Shown: piece after piece, positions 61,781 through 64,000 of the stretch | Layout: each line of letters opens with the position of its first letter | How positions within the stretch are numbered: the first letter of the stretch is position 1 | Assembly (NCBI GenBank): GCA_003485325.1 | Contig: DMZI01000068.1 | Span: 38,553 to 102,552, forward strand | Origin: Desulfotomaculum sp. | GTDB lineage: Bacteria; Bacillota; Desulfotomaculia; Desulfotomaculales; Nap2-2B | Length of the DNA stretch: 64,000 nt | Reading direction: 5' to 3' | Position numbers and translations under genes: made by a program | Notes under the pieces: generated by a model | The model's input: only the letters and a program-made list of their open reading frames with translations | What the model was told of the DNA's origin: nothing | Databases searched by the model: none

Positions 61781-61856
61781 GGGTACTTGTGAGGGGCTAA
61801 AGAAGATTCTTCTGGAAAATGGTGTCAGCCCCAGTAAAATTAAAGTACCCCTTTTT
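61781..61856 (+). terminator. long compound hairpin (outer GGGTACTT/AAGTACCC, inner GGGGCT/AGCCCC) followed by a T-run
   Basis: Read directly, 40 nt after the 61517-61741 ORF in a convergent intergenic region. Confidence 0.35.
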
Positions 61857-61978
61857 AGTTCAAAACAATGATTTGCTGGACTTCCTAAAGGATAGAGTTG
61901 TTTAAGGATTTCTCCGGTAAAATCAAACCTCACTTTTAAGTTACAAAAGATTTCTATGCCGGTGTTCCAAGAAAGAAT

Positions 61979-64000
61979 TTAAACGTCTAAATCGATCTCT
62001 TTAATAACTTTTAAGTTTTCCAGAGAGCTTGCTTTAAGCATGTGTTCTGAAACAGTGTAGAGGACGTCATTAATATAAAGCGACCTTTTTATGCCGTTTT
62101 CGTAGTAAGGATATTGTTCTTCGACTGCTTTTTCTTCCGAATGGTTTACTCTGCCTTTTAAGCTTATTCCGTTTTTTAAGCTTATTCCGAATACGTAAGC
62201 TCCCTGCCAGGCGCCGCCGAGATTATTTTCCCAAAAACCGTTTTTTGTCTGTACCCTTTCTTGATAATATGAAACGGGCAGGAATAAAAGGTTTTTTGAA
62301 CGGCTGAACAGGAAAGCGTGATGATCTCTTAGCGCCAGGGAGTCCGAACCCTCTTGATCAACGATATACTTAGATATTTCTTTTGGATTTGCCGGGTCGC
62401 TTACATCAAACAACCCTATTTTTAAGTATGGTCCTCCTGTCCGGGGAAGAACAGGCATAGTTCTGATTTGTTCTCCTAAAGGTTCATCTATGGGAATGGG
62501 TTGCGGCATAGACGATTCTTTGCCTATTCCAATAAGATGGTTTTCGTCAAGAGGGTGAAGATAATCCGAATAACCCGGAATCTTTAGCTCTCCAAGGAGT
62601 TTGGGATTGTATGGGTCTTTTAAATCAACCGTAAATAACGGGTCTATTTGCCGGTAGGTAACAAGGTATGCTTTAGTCCCAATATATCTGACTGAATAAA
62701 TATTTTCCGAAGGGGCAAGTCCTTCCAGCCTGCCTGCAATCTTCATTCCCTGGTCAAGAATATATATGTTGTTGGAGGTTGATAAAGGTTCACCGAAGAC
62801 AAATCTTTGAGAGGTCGTTGCTATCCTGAAGAATCCCTTGTATTCATCCATGGAGAATTGGTTTAACACGTAACCCGGAATTTCACCCTGGGAATTGTAA
62901 GTTATTCTGCCGTCTTTGATAAAAAACCTGCGGATTACAGTTTTTCTGTTTTCCCGGTTTATATTGTTATTCAGCTCTTCAAATAGACTATTCATCTTTT
63001 GTTCAAGGGCAGTTACCTGTTCATCGCTAAAATTGCTCAAGTTTTCGTTAATAATATTTTCAAGACCGCCTATTTTTTTAGCTGGGCTTAAAGTTGAAAG
63101 TCCGTCAAATTGTCTGGCGACATTGTAGGGAAGAGCTTCTTCAAGGCCGTTGATTATTTTTTGGACATAATTTTGCAGGTCAGGAATTTTAGGGCTTAAT
63201 AGATAGATATTTTCCTGTGAGGAATAAATATCTTGGGAGGCGCCGGATAAAAATGTTTCACTTGCTGCAGCTTCATTGTCATTAAGAATATTAAATGACA
63301 TTATCAAGGTGTACTGATCATAGTAATCAGGGTAATCAAAATAATGTACGTCATTCGCGTTGATTGTATCATTTTCCCCGTTCAGGCTGATTTCAGGCAA
63401 CCTGATCTGTTCCTTGCCGGTACCCGGCTCATATTCGATTGCCGGCGTGTTGGCGATTGTATAGACATAATCCCCAATCATTCTTGAATTAAGGTAGTTT
63501 CCTTTGAAAGCTATCTCCCTTTTTAAAATAGGTTTTTCGTGATCAGAAATATCGAAAACTTCGATCATTACACCTGATTGGGACTGCCGGTTTCCAAGAA
63601 TTACAGCCAGCTTGTTTTTGTTTAAATATATTTCATTTGGAATCGCCTCAGCGGCAAAGCTTATTTTAGAAACAACCTTTGCTTTCTCAGCGGGGTATGC
63701 ATAGATAATGCTTATTCCCCGGCTGTTTGCAACATAAAGATATTTGCCGTCACCGTCACACTGTACCAAATCACCTTCTTCAACCCCATCGACCTGATTA
63801 TTGGTTGTTGAAAATTCTGGGGAAGCTGAATCTCCGGCTGATTCTTCCGATATTTGCAGGCTGGGCATGGAAATGTTTTCTTTCCTTGATCCGGTTAATA
63901 TAGGAGAACCATAGGAGAACATGCTGAATTTCCGCATAAATTCCCTGTTACTGAGCAGGAAGTCTTTTAATTCGGAATAGGAATTAAATGTTTTCAGATC
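61979..64000 (-). CDS. secreted beta-propeller domain protein (Beta_propel family), N-terminus outside window
   Basis: The frame stays open upstream of Met at 63937 to the window edge (...DLKTFNSYSELKDFLLSNREF-MRKF...). The more than 670 aa have repeated YxxxxxxYxV blade-like segments typical of this family. Confidence 0.7.
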   Translation of the reverse strand, partial: DLKTFNSYSELKDFLLSNREFMRKFSMFSYGSPILTGSRKENISMPSLQISEESAGDSASPEFSTTNNQVDGVEEGDLVQCDGDGKYLYVANSRGISIIYAYPAEKAKVVSKISFAAEAIPNEIYLNKNKLAVILGNRQSQSGVMIEVFDISDHEKPILKREIAFKGNYLNSRMIGDYVYTIANTPAIEYEPGTGKEQIRLPEISLNGENDTINANDVHYFDYPDYYDQYTLIMSFNILNDNEAAASETFLSGASQDIYSSQENIYLLSPKIPDLQNYVQKIINGLEEALPYNVARQFDGLSTLSPAKKIGGLENIINENLSNFSDEQVTALEQKMNSLFEELNNNINRENRKTVIRRFFIKDGRITYNSQGEIPGYVLNQFSMDEYKGFFRIATTSQRFVFGEPLSTSNNIYILDQGMKIAGRLEGLAPSENIYSVRYIGTKAYLVTYRQIDPLFTVDLKDPYNPKLLGELKIPGYSDYLHPLDENHLIGIGKESSMPQPIPIDEPLGEQIRTMPVLPRTGGPYLKIGLFDVSDPANPKEISKYIVDQEGSDSLALRDHHAFLFSRSKNLLFLPVSYYQERVQTKNGFWENNLGGAWQGAYVFGISLKNGISLKGRVNHSEEKAVEEQYPYYENGIKRSLYINDVLYTVSEHMLKASSLENLKVIKEIDLDV

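Noticed and set aside
61736-61933. 65-aa - strand ORF in the convergent intergenic region
   Set aside because: It overlaps the compound hairpin/terminator, has no RBS, and sits between two convergent genes.

Overview
Chromosomal window from a roughly 40-45% GC (by eye), spore-forming, anaerobic Firmicute. The Clostridia / Peptococcaceae-like assignment is an inference from gene content. About 80% is recognisable housekeeping. The + strand carries a DUF89 fragment, an MBL hydrolase, hisI, pcrA, amj, ligA, gatCAB, murI, argG, wecB, the full F1Fo ATP synthase operon (atpZ/I/B/E/F/H/A/G/D/C), sporulation genes (spoIID, spoIIID, ytfJ, spmAB), a PurS-fused purL plus purQ, and an SOS-type dinB module. 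The - strand carries aroH, rluB, rnhA, a DUF72 gene and rmuC. Five things deserve a second look. (1) A purine-catabolism / selenium-dependent molybdenum hydroxylase (SDMH) locus at 10.1-24.5 kb. It contains adenine deaminase, a ModE-like regulator, and one long operon joining a MoeA-like protein, modABC, xdhC, yqeB, yqeC and ygfJ/mocA. This is followed by a Cys-rich small protein and a visibly more GC-rich three-subunit xanthine-dehydrogenase-family enzyme. (2) A duplicated ~120-130 bp terminator/palindrome/promoter cassette lies in front of both adenine deaminase and the hydroxylase operon. (3) A modular (head / A-body / B-body) intergenic repeat family occurs at five loci, usually starting right after stop codons, including a ~650 bp mosaic array at 60.7-61.4 kb. 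(4) A CheY-less chemosensory operon encodes a CheA with two Hpt domains and a 1075-aa soluble MCP with a Cys-rich PAS domain and poly-HAMP repeats. (5) An orphan, apparently decayed cobalamin-riboswitch-like fragment sits upstream of purL. No rRNA, tRNA, CRISPR array or intact mobile element was seen. All calls rest on reading the translated ORFs and the DNA by eye. Motif coordinates were counted manually and may be off by 1-2 nt. No database search was run.
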